From Bacilli bacterium (GTDB taxonomy: Bacteria; Bacillota_I; Bacilli_A; RF39; UBA660): a DNA stretch of 48,715 nucleotides. The translations under genes were made by a program, and so were the position numbers. Each line of letters opens with the position of its first letter. The stretch's first letter is position 1. This document shows positions 35,683-44,465 of this stretch, piece after piece. The DNA is taken from contig SKJH01000043.1 in the NCBI GenBank assembly GCA_007116005.1, forward strand, positions 1 to 48,715. The letters are read 5' to 3'. The notes beneath the pieces are model-generated. The model saw only the letters and a list, made by a program, of their open reading frames with translations, made no database searches and was not told the origin of the DNA.

Positions 35683-38596
35683 TTACTCTTACTTCTTTTT
35701 TTGCTGTATATGTTTGGTTTTTGTATTTTATTGTATAGGTGATATCATAAGTGTTTTTTTCGTTTGTGTCTATATTATTCCATTCTACTGTAGTGTTAGT
35801 TGGTCTTTTAGTGATAGTTATTCCTATTACATCTATTTCGTTTGTAACAGGGACACCACCATCAATTACCGTTATATCTGTATAATTTGGTTGTCTAAAT
35901 GTATTATTTAAACAAACATCGTTAAAGTTAATTATAAAGTCAGGAGCAGTAATTATATCATTAGTAAATGTAAACTCACTACCACTACTAGTATTAGCTT
36001 TAAAATTTGAAAATGCAGTTTTAACTATAAATGTTATATTTCCAGATATGTTAGGTCTATCAACAGTAAAACTATTATTTTCGGTTCTACCTAATAAAGT
36101 GATATTATCTGTTGAATCTTTAATATAGATATCATATCCTAATATGCCCATTTCTTCATCAAGTTTATTTTTAAATGTTTCTACATATTTTGTACTTAAG
36201 TTTTGTCCTACAGTATTTTTTATGTGTTCATCTGTATAATATCTAGGCGTTTCAATCTTATTCCAATTTATCTCTACTTTTTCGTTTTTATTTACAACAT
36301 TTAATTGAGTTACATTTGGTAATTTTTTATATCTTTCTGATACTTGTGTAGGTTCAGTACCCCTTTTAAAAAACTCGGTTAGACGCATGTGTTTTGGGGT
36401 GAATTCATTTGGTAACATAGCGGGTGCCGAATATCTTTCAACCTCAACCGCAACAACACTATTAGGTCTAGTGAAGCTTCTAGTACTGCCTGGTATAATT
36501 CCTTTTACTATTGTGTTAAATAATCTATCTCTTCTTATTGCATCGTTTAAAACACTAACATAATTTCTATCTATTTTATCATATCCATACCATAGACCAA
36601 TAGAGTAATCTTGAGAATAACCAATTACCCATTGATCATTAATTGCATCTCTTGGTAAACCATAAGCTCTAACAGTTTGTGCGTCAAAGTTTGTTGTTCC
36701 TGTTTTAGCCGCTACTTGATATCCGCTTAGTCTAGCACCACTACTTAGGCCGTGATTTGTTGCCCATAATAATGAATTAGTAACTAAATATGCTGTTGAA
36801 TCTTCCATTGCTTTAACTCTTGTTGGTTGATATTCTTTTGTTTCGTTTGTTTCTATAAATCTTATTTTTGTTATTGTATATGGTTCAATAAAATATCCAC
36901 CATTAGCAAATGCAGCATAAGCAGCAGCCATTTGTAATGGATTAGATCCTGTATAAGCCCCTAATGAATGAGCTTCATGTATTCTACCATTTTCAATTTC
37001 AGGTGTCATCCCCAAGTTAGTGACTAATTCTAAAATATCTTTATTATCTACTTGTTGGAATGCTTTAAGCGCTGGCGTATTTCTAGATAATCCTAAAGAT
37101 TCTTTTAGTGTTAAAAATCCCATGAACCTTCCGTCCCAATTTCGAATTTTATTTCCATTTGTATATGAATGTGGTTCATCAATAAATGGGGTATATGTTG
37201 ACCAATTAAGAAATTCTATACCTGGAGCGTAATCATAAATAGGCTTAGCTGTAGAACCAGGCTGTTTATTAAGCATTGTTGCAAAGTTGAATACACGTTC
37301 TCCTTGTAAGTTACGTCCTCCACCAATTGCTAATACTGCGCCGTTTTGTGTATCTGTAACAGCTATACCAGATTGAACTACATCATTTACCCAATTAAAT
37401 AAATCACCATCTAAAACTTCATTTATATATTCTTGTTTTTTAGTATCTAAAGTAGTGTGAATAGCCATTGAAACATTATAAGGACTATGCCCGGTTTTTT
37501 GTTCAGCTTCTGATACAACTGTATCTATAAATGGTTGGTATTTATTTCTTGTATCGCTTCTTGTTGTTAATAACGATTCAACAGACATAGAATTTGCTAT
37601 TTGTTCTTGTTCTTCTGTTATAAACCCGTGTCTTCTCATAAGATATAGAACTGTGCTTCTTCTTTTTTCTGCTCTTTCTGGGTGAAGGTGTGGGTCAAAG
37701 AAACTTGGTGCTTGAAATAAACCTGCAATTAATGAAGCTTCTGCTAAATTCAAATTTTCAACTTCTTTACCAAAATATGTTCTTGCGGCTTCTGCTACCC
37801 CGTAAGCGCCAGAACCTAAGTATGGTGAATTAACATAAAATTCTAATATTTGTTCTTTTGAATATTTTCTCTCTAACTTAAAAATAGACATATATATATC
37901 AGTGAATTTTCTAACTAAATTTTGTTCTGTTGAAGTAAAGTGGTTTTTTACAACTTGCATTGTTAAAGTAGAAGCTCCACCTGCTGAGGTATTACCTAAT
38001 ATTTGACCCATTGACGCTCTCATAAAACGGGGTAGATCAAGCCCATTATGTTGATAAAATCGTGCATCTTCAGTTGCTATTATAGCGTCAATTAGTACTT
38101 GAGGCATGTCTTGATAAGTAATCTTATCTCTTCTTTCTCTTCCTAATCTTGCAATTATTTCACCATCGGCTGCATATATTACACTTGCTTCTTTTCTGTA
38201 TAAATTATCAGGATCAAATACAGGTGCAAATTTTACAATATAACCAATAAATCCAAATCCCACTAAAATAGTGATAGTAGTTAAAATTAAAATACTACTT
38301 AAAATTATATTAAGAATTTTCTTTCCTTTTTTAGTCTTTTTAACTTTTTTAGTATCGTTTACCTTTTTAGTATTTTTAATTTTTTTGTTATTTTTCTTTT
38401 TACTCATAATATTACCTCCATACTTTATTATAAAAGGAACAGCCATTATTACAGTTGTTACTTTTAATGCTTTAAAAACATTCGTATATATAATACTAAC
38501 ACTTAAAACAACAATAGCAACTGGTAAAACAGATAAAAACACATTGTTTTTCATTTTTTTTGTTATGCTTATATATTTTTTTTTAACTTTCTTCAT
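35669..38596 (-). CDS. ponA: class A penicillin-binding protein 1A (glycosyltransferase + transpeptidase, C-terminal FN3/Ig-like extension)
   Basis: GT51 motifs (EDARFYQH, GGSTLTMQ, RK..E), transpeptidase STAKP, SxN and KTGTT. Two strong in-frame starts: 38596 (GGAGGTTAAC-ATG) and 38407 (GGAGGTAATATT-ATG). The longer form is listed. Confidence 0.85.
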   Translation of the reverse strand: MKKVKKKYISITKKMKNNVFLSVLPVAIVVLSVSIIYTNVFKALKVTTVIMAVPFIIKYGGNIMSKKKNNKKIKNTKKVNDTKKVKKTKKGKKILNIILSSILILTTITILVGFGFIGYIVKFAPVFDPDNLYRKEASVIYAADGEIIARLGRERRDKITYQDMPQVLIDAIIATEDARFYQHNGLDLPRFMRASMGQILGNTSAGGASTLTMQVVKNHFTSTEQNLVRKFTDIYMSIFKLERKYSKEQILEFYVNSPYLGSGAYGVAEAARTYFGKEVENLNLAEASLIAGLFQAPSFFDPHLHPERAEKRRSTVLYLMRRHGFITEEQEQIANSMSVESLLTTRSDTRNKYQPFIDTVVSEAEQKTGHSPYNVSMAIHTTLDTKKQEYINEVLDGDLFNWVNDVVQSGIAVTDTQNGAVLAIGGGRNLQGERVFNFATMLNKQPGSTAKPIYDYAPGIEFLNWSTYTPFIDEPHSYTNGNKIRNWDGRFMGFLTLKESLGLSRNTPALKAFQQVDNKDILELVTNLGMTPEIENGRIHEAHSLGAYTGSNPLQMAAAYAAFANGGYFIEPYTITKIRFIETNETKEYQPTRVKAMEDSTAYLVTNSLLWATNHGLSSGARLSGYQVAAKTGTTNFDAQTVRAYGLPRDAINDQWVIGYSQDYSIGLWYGYDKIDRNYVSVLNDAIRRDRLFNTIVKGIIPGSTRSFTRPNSVVAVEVERYSAPAMLPNEFTPKHMRLTEFFKRGTEPTQVSERYKKLPNVTQLNVVNKNEKVEINWNKIETPRYYTDEHIKNTVGQNLSTKYVETFKNKLDEEMGILGYDIYIKDSTDNITLLGRTENNSFTVDRPNISGNITFIVKTAFSNFKANTSSGSEFTFTNDIITAPDFIINFNDVCLNNTFRQPNYTDITVIDGGVPVTNEIDVIGITITKRPTNTTVEWNNIDTNEKNTYDITYTIKYKNQTYTAKKEVRVKECN

Positions 38597-38597
38597 G

Positions 38598-39161
38598 TTA
38601 ACCTCCAAAATATATATGATCTATTACTTTAATGTAGTCAACTCTAGGTCTATATCCTTCGTTAACTTGATATCCATATTCGTTAAATAAGTCAATAGAT
38701 ATAGATTTATTTCCTTTGTTTATAAATTTTAATAAAATTTCACTATCTAATAAAAATGTTTTATTAAATTTTATAAATCTTACTATAATAAATGATATGC
38801 CTTTGTGTTCTTTAACTTTAAATAAATGTTCCAGTTGGTGTTTGTGTATGTTTGATAAACAAAAACTTTTTTTCGATTTAACTTCTTTTGCTTCAAAATC
38901 AACATATTTCCCTTTATATATACCATTGTAATCTGTTGTAGATGCTTTTTCAAAAAATGCCTTGTTTATAATTGGTTTTTTAATGTTAGTAAAATCTACG
39001 TTCACGACCCTTATTGGAGTAGGCTTTTTATAAATAACCGCTATGTTTTTATCTCGGTAATAATCGTTTGTTATGTTTAAATCAAATTCTAAGGACATTC
39101 CCCTATTAGAGTAGTTTATGTTCTTTTGATTGCTTTTTATAATGTTATTTGGGTATTTCAT
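38598..39161 (-). CDS. recU: Holliday junction resolvase RecU
   Basis: YSNRGMSLEFDLN.TN.YY, IAVIYKKPTP, TTDYNGIYKGKYVDFEAKE and RVDYIKV match B. subtilis RecU. Lies upstream of ponA, as in Bacillus. Confidence 0.92.
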   Translation of the reverse strand: MKYPNNIIKSNQKNINYSNRGMSLEFDLNITNDYYRDKNIAVIYKKPTPIRVVNVDFTNIKKPIINKAFFEKASTTDYNGIYKGKYVDFEAKEVKSKKSFCLSNIHKHQLEHLFKVKEHKGISFIIVRFIKFNKTFLLDSEILLKFINKGNKSISIDLFNEYGYQVNEGYRPRVDYIKVIDHIYFGG

Positions 39162-39277
39162 TAAAAATCACCTAACATAAATTATACTATAAAATGCGAA
39201 TAATTGCCACTTAAAAAAAATGTTAAAATATAACAAGTCTTGTCATAAAATGTTTTTTTAACAGTGTATACACATAT

Positions 39278-39292
39278 TATATATATATATAT
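39278..39292. repeat. (TA)7 dinucleotide tract in the recU / holin-like intergenic region
   Basis: TATATATATATATAT read directly. It abuts a TGATATTAT extended -10-like element (39292-39300). Confidence 0.9.
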
Positions 39293-39448
39293 GATATTAT
39301 AAATTAAAGGAGAAATATATGGATAATATATATATAAATGAGTTTGTAGATGATATTATTAACGAAGTTTTTATAGCCAAATTAAAATTAAGTGTAATAA
39401 AAAAACATTAAATTAATTATTCTTACATATTATTTAGTGGGTGATAAT

Positions 39449-39724
39449 ATGGAAGAATTTTTTTTGAATATTGAAGTGACTCAGCATACTATTTATTTAG
39501 CTATAATGTTAATAGTAATAGGTCAAGGGTTAAAAACATTACCATTTATAGAAAAATGGATGGTAATATGGTCGCTTCTTAGTATTAGTGTTTTAATCAA
39601 TTTTATTTTTAGCGGTATAAGTTTTTCTACCTTATTTGAAGCGTTTATAGCAGCGTCTATATCAGTGTTTGGATACGATGCATATGTTCAGACAAAAAAA
39701 CGTATAAAACGCACACAGAGTTGA
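39449..39724 (+). CDS. holin-like small membrane protein (phage holin Hol44/superfamily V-like architecture)
   Basis: 91 aa with three hydrophobic segments and a basic tail (KKRIKRTQS). The IGQGLKTLPFIEKWMVIW segment resembles the Listeria A118-type holin pattern. ATG at 39449 after GGGTGATAAT. Confidence 0.45.
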   Translation: MEEFFLNIEVTQHTIYLAIMLIVIGQGLKTLPFIEKWMVIWSLLSISVLINFIFSGISFSTLFEAFIAASISVFGYDAYVQTKKRIKRTQS

Positions 39725-39741
39725 CAAAAGTCAACTTTTTT
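39719..39741 (+). terminator. intrinsic terminator overlapping the holin-like stop codon
   Basis: AGTTGAC-AAAA-GTCAACT followed by T-run. The TGA stop at 39722-39724 lies in the stem. Confidence 0.6.
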
Positions 39742-39769
39742 GAGAAAATATACTAGAGGTGAGTTGGCT

Positions 39770-40102
39770 ATGTTATTTGATGAAATATCTCTAAGTCCAC
39801 AAGAAATTCTAGAACAAGAATTTAAGATTGATACAAGAGGATATAGACCACAAGAAGTCGATAAATTTTTAGATATAATTATAAATGATTATAGTAAATT
39901 TATTTCGCTTATCAAAAAGATAGAAAACGAAAATAAAGAACTCATCGATGAAAACATGAAGTTGAAACACGAACTTAGAAACACTAGAGATAAACTTGAA
40001 ATACTTAAAAGTAGTAGTAACAAAGAAATTACTAATGTTGATTTATTAAGGAGAATATCTCAATTAGAAAAAATTATCTTTGGAAATGAAACCAATCAAT
40101 AA
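39770..40102 (+). CDS. gpsB: cell-cycle protein GpsB (DivIVA-domain)
   Basis: LSPQEILEQEFK...RGYRPQEVDKFLD.II.DY matches the GpsB/DivIVA N-terminal domain. ATG at 39770 after AGAGGTGA. Followed by rnpB, as in B. subtilis. Confidence 0.85.
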   Translation: MLFDEISLSPQEILEQEFKIDTRGYRPQEVDKFLDIIINDYSKFISLIKKIENENKELIDENMKLKHELRNTRDKLEILKSSSNKEITNVDLLRRISQLEKIIFGNETNQ

Positions 40103-40109
40103 TAATATT

Positions 40110-40460
40110 TAGTATCTTGGCAAACGCTGCACACTTTGTTGTGTAGAGGAAAGTCCATGCTCACACTGTCCTTATAGGATGGTTAGTTCGTGCATAGGGA
40201 AAAAATAACCTATGGTAGCACTTTTGTGCTAACGGCTTCGAAATAATCTAAGTCTTAGGATATGATTAAATTAGATGTAAAAGTGCCATAGTGACGAATT
40301 CATTTAGAAATAAATGAAGTGGAACGAGGTAAACCCCACGAGTGAGAAACCCAAATTATGGTAGGGGAGCTTTCATAGGGTAACCGAATGAAAGATGCGA
40401 AAGCATAGATAGATGTTTGCCGCTCTTAATGAGTACAGAACATGGCTTATAAGATACTAT
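40110..40460 (+). ncRNA. rnpB: RNase P RNA, Bacillus type B
   Basis: Universal GAGGAAAGTCCATGCTC and ACAGAACATGGCTTA (P4 strands). AAAGTGCCATAGTGACGAA, GGTAAACCCC and GAGAAACCCAAAT blocks are nearly identical to B. subtilis rnpB. P1 pairs AGTATCTT (40111-40118) with AAGATACT (40451-40458). Confidence 0.92.
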
Positions 40461-40489
40461 TTTTTTATTTAATAGAAAGGGCGATTTAT

Positions 40490-40918
40490 TTGAAAGAGAT
40501 AGGGGATAAACTTAAAAGTTCTAGAGAAGAAGCTGGAGTTACAATAGATGAAGTGGTAGAAGATCTTGGATTAGAACTTAATAAGATAAAACATATTGAA
40601 AATGGAAATAAAGAAGCTTTTAAAGATACATATGAACTAAAACACTACATTAAAGATTATGCAAAATATTTGGGGCTTGATTATGAGAAGTTAACAGAAG
40701 AATTTGATGAATTTATGTTTGATTATACTTCTAGAATCCCAATTGCTCAAATACAACAGGCAAGTAAAGAGATAGAAAAAAATAATAAAAAAATAACTTC
40801 TCCATATACAATACCTAGAAAAAGCAATAAAAAATTTAAAATCACAATTATAATGATACTATTTTTGTTATTGCTATTAATTGTTGGTATAATTACCGTA
40901 ATTTCATCATTAAATTAA
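40490..40918 (+). CDS. HTH (XRE-type) membrane-anchored protein, short RodZ/YmfM-like
   Basis: TTG start after GAAAGGG. N-terminus IGDKLKSSREEAGVTIDEV (HTH) and a C-terminal TM. Sits upstream of pgsA, as ymfM does in B. subtilis. The ORF-track ATG at 40442 lies inside rnpB. Confidence 0.6.
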   Translation: MKEIGDKLKSSREEAGVTIDEVVEDLGLELNKIKHIENGNKEAFKDTYELKHYIKDYAKYLGLDYEKLTEEFDEFMFDYTSRIPIAQIQQASKEIEKNNKKITSPYTIPRKSNKKFKITIIMILFLLLLLIVGIITVISSLN

Positions 40919-40932
40919 AAGGAAGTGTAACA

Positions 40933-41532
40933 ATGAACTTACCAAATAAACTAACAATGTTAAGGTTAATATTATCAGTTGTATTGATAATATTATTGTT
41001 ATTTCCATTTTATTCAGTTAATATAATTTTCCCAACATACATATTTAATGATGCTGTTATAATAGATAGTAAATACATAATTGCAGGAATTATATTTATA
41101 ATTGCATCTGTTACAGATTTTTTAGATGGTTATTTTGCAAGAAAATATAATATTATAACTAATTTTGGGAAGTTTTTAGATGCTATTGCAGATAAAGTAT
41201 TAGTAAACTCATGTCTGGTTATATTATCAGCGCATGGATTTATAAATCCAATTATTCCAGTTTTAATAATATCAAGAGATATTGTTGTAGATTCTATTAG
41301 AATGATAGCTGCAAAGAGCGGAAAAGTAATAGCAGCAGGTGGTGTAGGAAAATTAAAAACAGCTTGTTTAATGATTGGTATAGTATTAACTATGTTTTAT
41401 AATATACCATTTGAACTATGGAATATTGATGTTGCTAATGTATTACTTGTTATTGCAACGGTTTTATCTATATATTCAGGTGTAGGATATTATTATGCAA
41501 ATAAGAAATCGTTGTTGATGGAACAAAAATAA
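40933..41532 (+). CDS. pgsA: CDP-diacylglycerol--glycerol-3-phosphate 3-phosphatidyltransferase
   Basis: CDP-alcohol phosphatidyltransferase motif DFLDGYFARKYNIITNFGKFLDAIADK. Confidence 0.9.
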   Translation: MNLPNKLTMLRLILSVVLIILLLFPFYSVNIIFPTYIFNDAVIIDSKYIIAGIIFIIASVTDFLDGYFARKYNIITNFGKFLDAIADKVLVNSCLVILSAHGFINPIIPVLIISRDIVVDSIRMIAAKSGKVIAAGGVGKLKTACLMIGIVLTMFYNIPFELWNIDVANVLLVIATVLSIYSGVGYYYANKKSLLMEQK

Positions 41533-41627
41533 AGTAATAATTATATAATTATTAAAAAAAAATAACAAAAAGACTGTTTTTTATAGGTCTTTTTTATATT
41601 TTGATAAATGTATGTTGACAAAACTTG

Positions 41628-41641
41628 CAAACGTTTGTTCG
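41628..41641 (+). promoter_or_regulatory. LexA (Cheo/SOS) box upstream of recA
   Basis: CAAACGTTTGTTCG versus the Firmicute consensus CGAAC-N4-GTTCG (one mismatch). Located in the recA promoter region. Confidence 0.6.
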
Positions 41642-41649
41642 TAAAAGTG

Positions 41650-41678
41650 TTGATTTTTAAGATTAAATATTATACAAT
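41650..41678 (+). promoter_or_regulatory. candidate recA sigma-A promoter (TTGATT-17-TACAAT)
   Basis: TTGATT at 41650-41655, 17-nt spacer, TACAAT at 41673-41678. A second TTGACA at 41615-41620 lies just upstream of the LexA box. Confidence 0.5.
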
Positions 41679-41707
41679 TAAAGAGTAAGAAAGATGAGGC
41701 GAAAATT

Positions 41708-42712
41708 ATGGCAAAAACAACTGAAAAAGATAAAGTGTTAGAACAAGTATTATCAGATATTGAAAAACAATTTGGAAAAGGTTCAATAATGAAATTAGGA
41801 GGTAATAATCGTAGAGAAATTGACGTATGTTCAAGTGGTTCATTAATGCTTGATGTTGCGTTAGGTGTTGGAGGTTACCCTAAGGGTAGGATAATTGAAA
41901 TATATGGACCTGAATCAAGTGGTAAGACAACTTTTGCATTGCATGCAATAGCTGAAGTTCAAAAACAAGGTGGGACGGCTGCTTTTATTGATGCAGAACA
42001 TGCGCTGGATCCTAAGTATGCAAAAAACTTAGGCGTTAATATAGATGAGTTATTGCTATCACAACCTGATACTGGAGAACAAGCTTTAGAAATATGTGAG
42101 GCGTTAGTCAGAAGTGAAGCAGTTAATATGGTGATCATTGACTCTGTTGCAGCGTTGGTACCACAAGCGGAAATAGAAGGTGAAATGGGAGATAGTCATG
42201 TTGGACTTCAAGCAAGACTTATGAGTCAGGCTTTAAGAAAACTGTCAGGTACTATTAGTAAAACTAATACAATTGCAATATTTATAAATCAATTAAGGGA
42301 AAAAGTAGGAGTAATGTTTGGAAATCCAGAGACAACTCCAGGTGGGAGAGCACTTAAGTTTTATTCAACAATTAGGTTAGATGTTAGAAGATCAGAACAA
42401 TTAAAAATTGGGGATAATATAATAGGGAATAAAGCTACAGTAAAAATTGTTAAGAATAAAGTTGCACCTCCATTTAAAGTTGCAAGTTTAGAAATTATTT
42501 ATGGACAAGGAATAAGTAGGGAAGCTGAAATAATTGATATCGCAACTACAATGAATTTAGTTGAAAAAAGTGGTGCATGGTATTCTTACAAGGGTGAAAA
42601 AATTGGTCAAGGTAAGGAAAATGTTAAACTTTATCTAAAAGAAAAACCAGAGATCAAAGAAGAACTAGAAACAAAAATTAGGGAACATTTTAATATTAAA
42701 GATAAAAAATAA
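41708..42712 (+). CDS. recA: recombinase RecA
   Basis: Walker [19 protein letters not shown] and the L1/L2 regions. 334 aa. Confidence 0.97.
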   Translation: MAKTTEKDKVLEQVLSDIEKQFGKGSIMKLGGNNRREIDVCSSGSLMLDVALGVGGYPKGRIIEIYGPESSGKTTFALHAIAEVQKQGGTAAFIDAEHALDPKYAKNLGVNIDELLLSQPDTGEQALEICEALVRSEAVNMVIIDSVAALVPQAEIEGEMGDSHVGLQARLMSQALRKLSGTISKTNTIAIFINQLREKVGVMFGNPETTPGGRALKFYSTIRLDVRRSEQLKIGDNIIGNKATVKIVKNKVAPPFKVASLEIIYGQGISREAEIIDIATTMNLVEKSGAWYSYKGEKIGQGKENVKLYLKEKPEIKEELETKIREHFNIKDKK

Positions 42713-42734
42713 ATGTACTTTTATATACTCGATA

Positions 42735-42767
42735 AAACCAAAGTCTTTACAATTACTTTGGTTTTTT
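42735..42767 (+). terminator. intrinsic terminator after recA
   Basis: AAACCAAAGT (42735-42744) / ACTTTGGTTT (42755-42764) plus T-run. Confidence 0.75.
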
Positions 42768-42779
42768 CCTTTTATTTCA

Positions 42780-42808
42780 TTGACATATCAATAATAAAAA
42801 ATTACAAT
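42780..42808 (+). promoter_or_regulatory. sigma-A promoter of rny (TTGACA-17-TACAAT)
   Basis: TTGACA at 42780-42785, 17-nt spacer, TACAAT at 42803-42808. Confidence 0.6.
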
Positions 42809-42860
42809 ATAGATAAAGAGTTAAAGAATTATTTTAACTTTATTATGATAGGAGGATTAT

Positions 42861-44414
42861 ATGGATATAATTTTAGTGTCCATTTTAACCTCTGTAATTG
42901 GATTAGGTGTAGGTGTTGGTTCTGTTATACTTTATAATAGAAATAAATCAATTAATGCTACAAATAAAGCAGAAGATTTAATAGATAAAGCAAAAAAAGA
43001 AGCGGATAAATTAAAAAGAGAGGCTGTATTAGAAGCAAAAGAAGAAGCTCATAGAATAAAACTAGAAACTGAAAAAGACGTAAAAGAAAAAAAGAGCGAA
43101 ATAAAAGATTTGGAAGATAGATTAATTCAAAGAGAAAAAAATATTGATCGCAGGGATGAAACGCTTCAAAACAGGGATAAACTCCTTGAAGAAAGAGACA
43201 ATGCTTTATTATTGAAACAAAAAGAAATCCAAAAAACAGAAGAAGAAATGGAAGAAATAAAAAAAGAACAAGTTAAACTTTTAGAAAATATTTCTAAGTT
43301 TTCTAAAGAAAAAGCGCACGACTTATTATTGAAAAAAGTAGAAGAAGAGATGGAAAATGAAATAGCATCTTTTATTAAAGAAAAAGAGGCTGAAGCTAAA
43401 TTAGAGGTTGATAAAAAAGCTAAAGACTTATTGGTATTTTCAATGCAAAAATATGCATCAGATGTTACAAATGAACAAACGGTATCAGTTGTAAATTTAC
43501 CAAATGATGATATGAAGGGTAGAATTATTGGTAGAGAAGGTAGAAATATAAGAACTATTGAAGCTGTTACTGGTGTTGATTTAATAATTGATGATACCCC
43601 TGAAGCTATAGTGTTATCTAGTTTTGATCCTTTAAGAAGGGAAATTGCAAAACAGACTATTGATACATTAATAAAAGACGGTAGAATACATCCTGCTAGA
43701 ATAGAAGAACTTTATGATAAAGTATGTAAAGATTTAAATAGTAAAATAATAGAGTATGGAAATTCTGCTGCATTTGAATTAGGTCTAACAAAAATTGCTC
43801 CTGAAATAGTTGAAATTTTAGGGAAATTACAATTTAGAACAAGTTATGGTCAAAATGCATTACAACATTCAAAGGAAGTTGCTTATTTATCGGGTATTAT
43901 AGCGGCTGAACTGGGTGAAAATATTAACCTTGCAAAAAGAGCGGGTTTATTACATGATATAGGTAAAGCTATAGACTTTGAAGTAGAAGGCAATCATGTT
44001 GATATAGGAATTGACCTTGCTAAAAAATATAATGAAGATAAAGTTGTAATTGACTCTATTGCAACACATCATGGTGATAAAGAAGCATCTAGTATTATAG
44101 CGGTTATAGTGGCAATAGCAGACGCATTATCTGCAGCTCGTCCGGGTGCTAGAAATGATTCTTTAGAAAATTATGTTAAGAGATTAGAACAACTTGAAGA
44201 AATTGCAAATAGTTTTGATGGTATAGATAAAGCTTTTGCAATGCAAGCGGGTAGAGAATTAAGGGTTATTGTAAAACCTGAAAAAGTAGATGATTTAAAA
44301 AGTTTTAAAATAGCAAGAGATATAAAAGAAAAAATTGAAGAAGAAATGCAATATCCTGGTACAGTTAAAGTTACTGTTATAAGAGAGACTAGGGCTATTG
44401 AAGAGGCTAAGTAA
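42861..44414 (+). CDS. rny: ribonuclease Y
   Basis: N-terminal TM, long K/E coiled coil, KH domain ([12 protein letters not shown]), HD domain (LLHDIGKA). 517 aa. Confidence 0.95.
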   Translation: MDIILVSILTSVIGLGVGVGSVILYNRNKSINATNKAEDLIDKAKKEADKLKREAVLEAKEEAHRIKLETEKDVKEKKSEIKDLEDRLIQREKNIDRRDETLQNRDKLLEERDNALLLKQKEIQKTEEEMEEIKKEQVKLLENISKFSKEKAHDLLLKKVEEEMENEIASFIKEKEAEAKLEVDKKAKDLLVFSMQKYASDVTNEQTVSVVNLPNDDMKGRIIGREGRNIRTIEAVTGVDLIIDDTPEAIVLSSFDPLRREIAKQTIDTLIKDGRIHPARIEELYDKVCKDLNSKIIEYGNSAAFELGLTKIAPEIVEILGKLQFRTSYGQNALQHSKEVAYLSGIIAAELGENINLAKRAGLLHDIGKAIDFEVEGNHVDIGIDLAKKYNEDKVVIDSIATHHGDKEASSIIAVIVAIADALSAARPGARNDSLENYVKRLEQLEEIANSFDGIDKAFAMQAGRELRVIVKPEKVDDLKSFKIARDIKEKIEEEMQYPGTVKVTVIRETRAIEEAK

Positions 44415-44440
44415 GAACGAATATTTATTCGTTCTTTTTT
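44413..44440 (+). terminator. intrinsic terminator after rny
   Basis: AAGAACGAAT..ATTCGTTCTT plus T-run. Confidence 0.75.
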
Positions 44441-44441
44441 A

Positions 44442-44450
44442 TGATATAAT
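44442..44450 (+). promoter_or_regulatory. extended -10 element TGATATAAT upstream of the MBL-fold gene
   Basis: Exact TGnTATAAT, 6 nt upstream of SD GGTGA. Confidence 0.4.
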
Positions 44451-44465
44451 TAATACGGTGATAAT

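Noticed and set aside
38271-38690. 139-aa plus-strand ORF across the ponA 5' end and recU 3' end
   Set aside because: It is antisense to two strongly supported genes. The translation comes from poly-F/L/I repeats generated by the lysine-rich (AAA/AAG) ponA segment.
39161-39740. Possible prophage remnant, because of the holin-like gene
   Set aside because: There is no integrase, endolysin, terminase, structural gene, att-like repeat or compositional shift. The flanks are conserved recU and gpsB.
39721-39754. TTGACA at 39721-39726 plus TATACT at 39749-39754 as a gpsB promoter
   Set aside because: The spacer is 22 nt. The TTGACA is part of the terminator stem, and the -10 candidate abuts the SD.
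40442-40489. ORF-track ATG start for the HTH/RodZ-like gene
   Set aside because: The ATG at 40442 lies inside the conserved P4 strand (ACAGAACATGGCTTA) of rnpB. The TTG at 40490, after GAAAGGG, gives the canonical HTH N-terminus.
42713-42937. 74-aa ORF between recA and rny
   Set aside because: It spans the recA terminator hairpin (42735-42767) and the TTGACA-17-TACAAT rny promoter, and it overlaps the rny start. It has no SD and is spurious.
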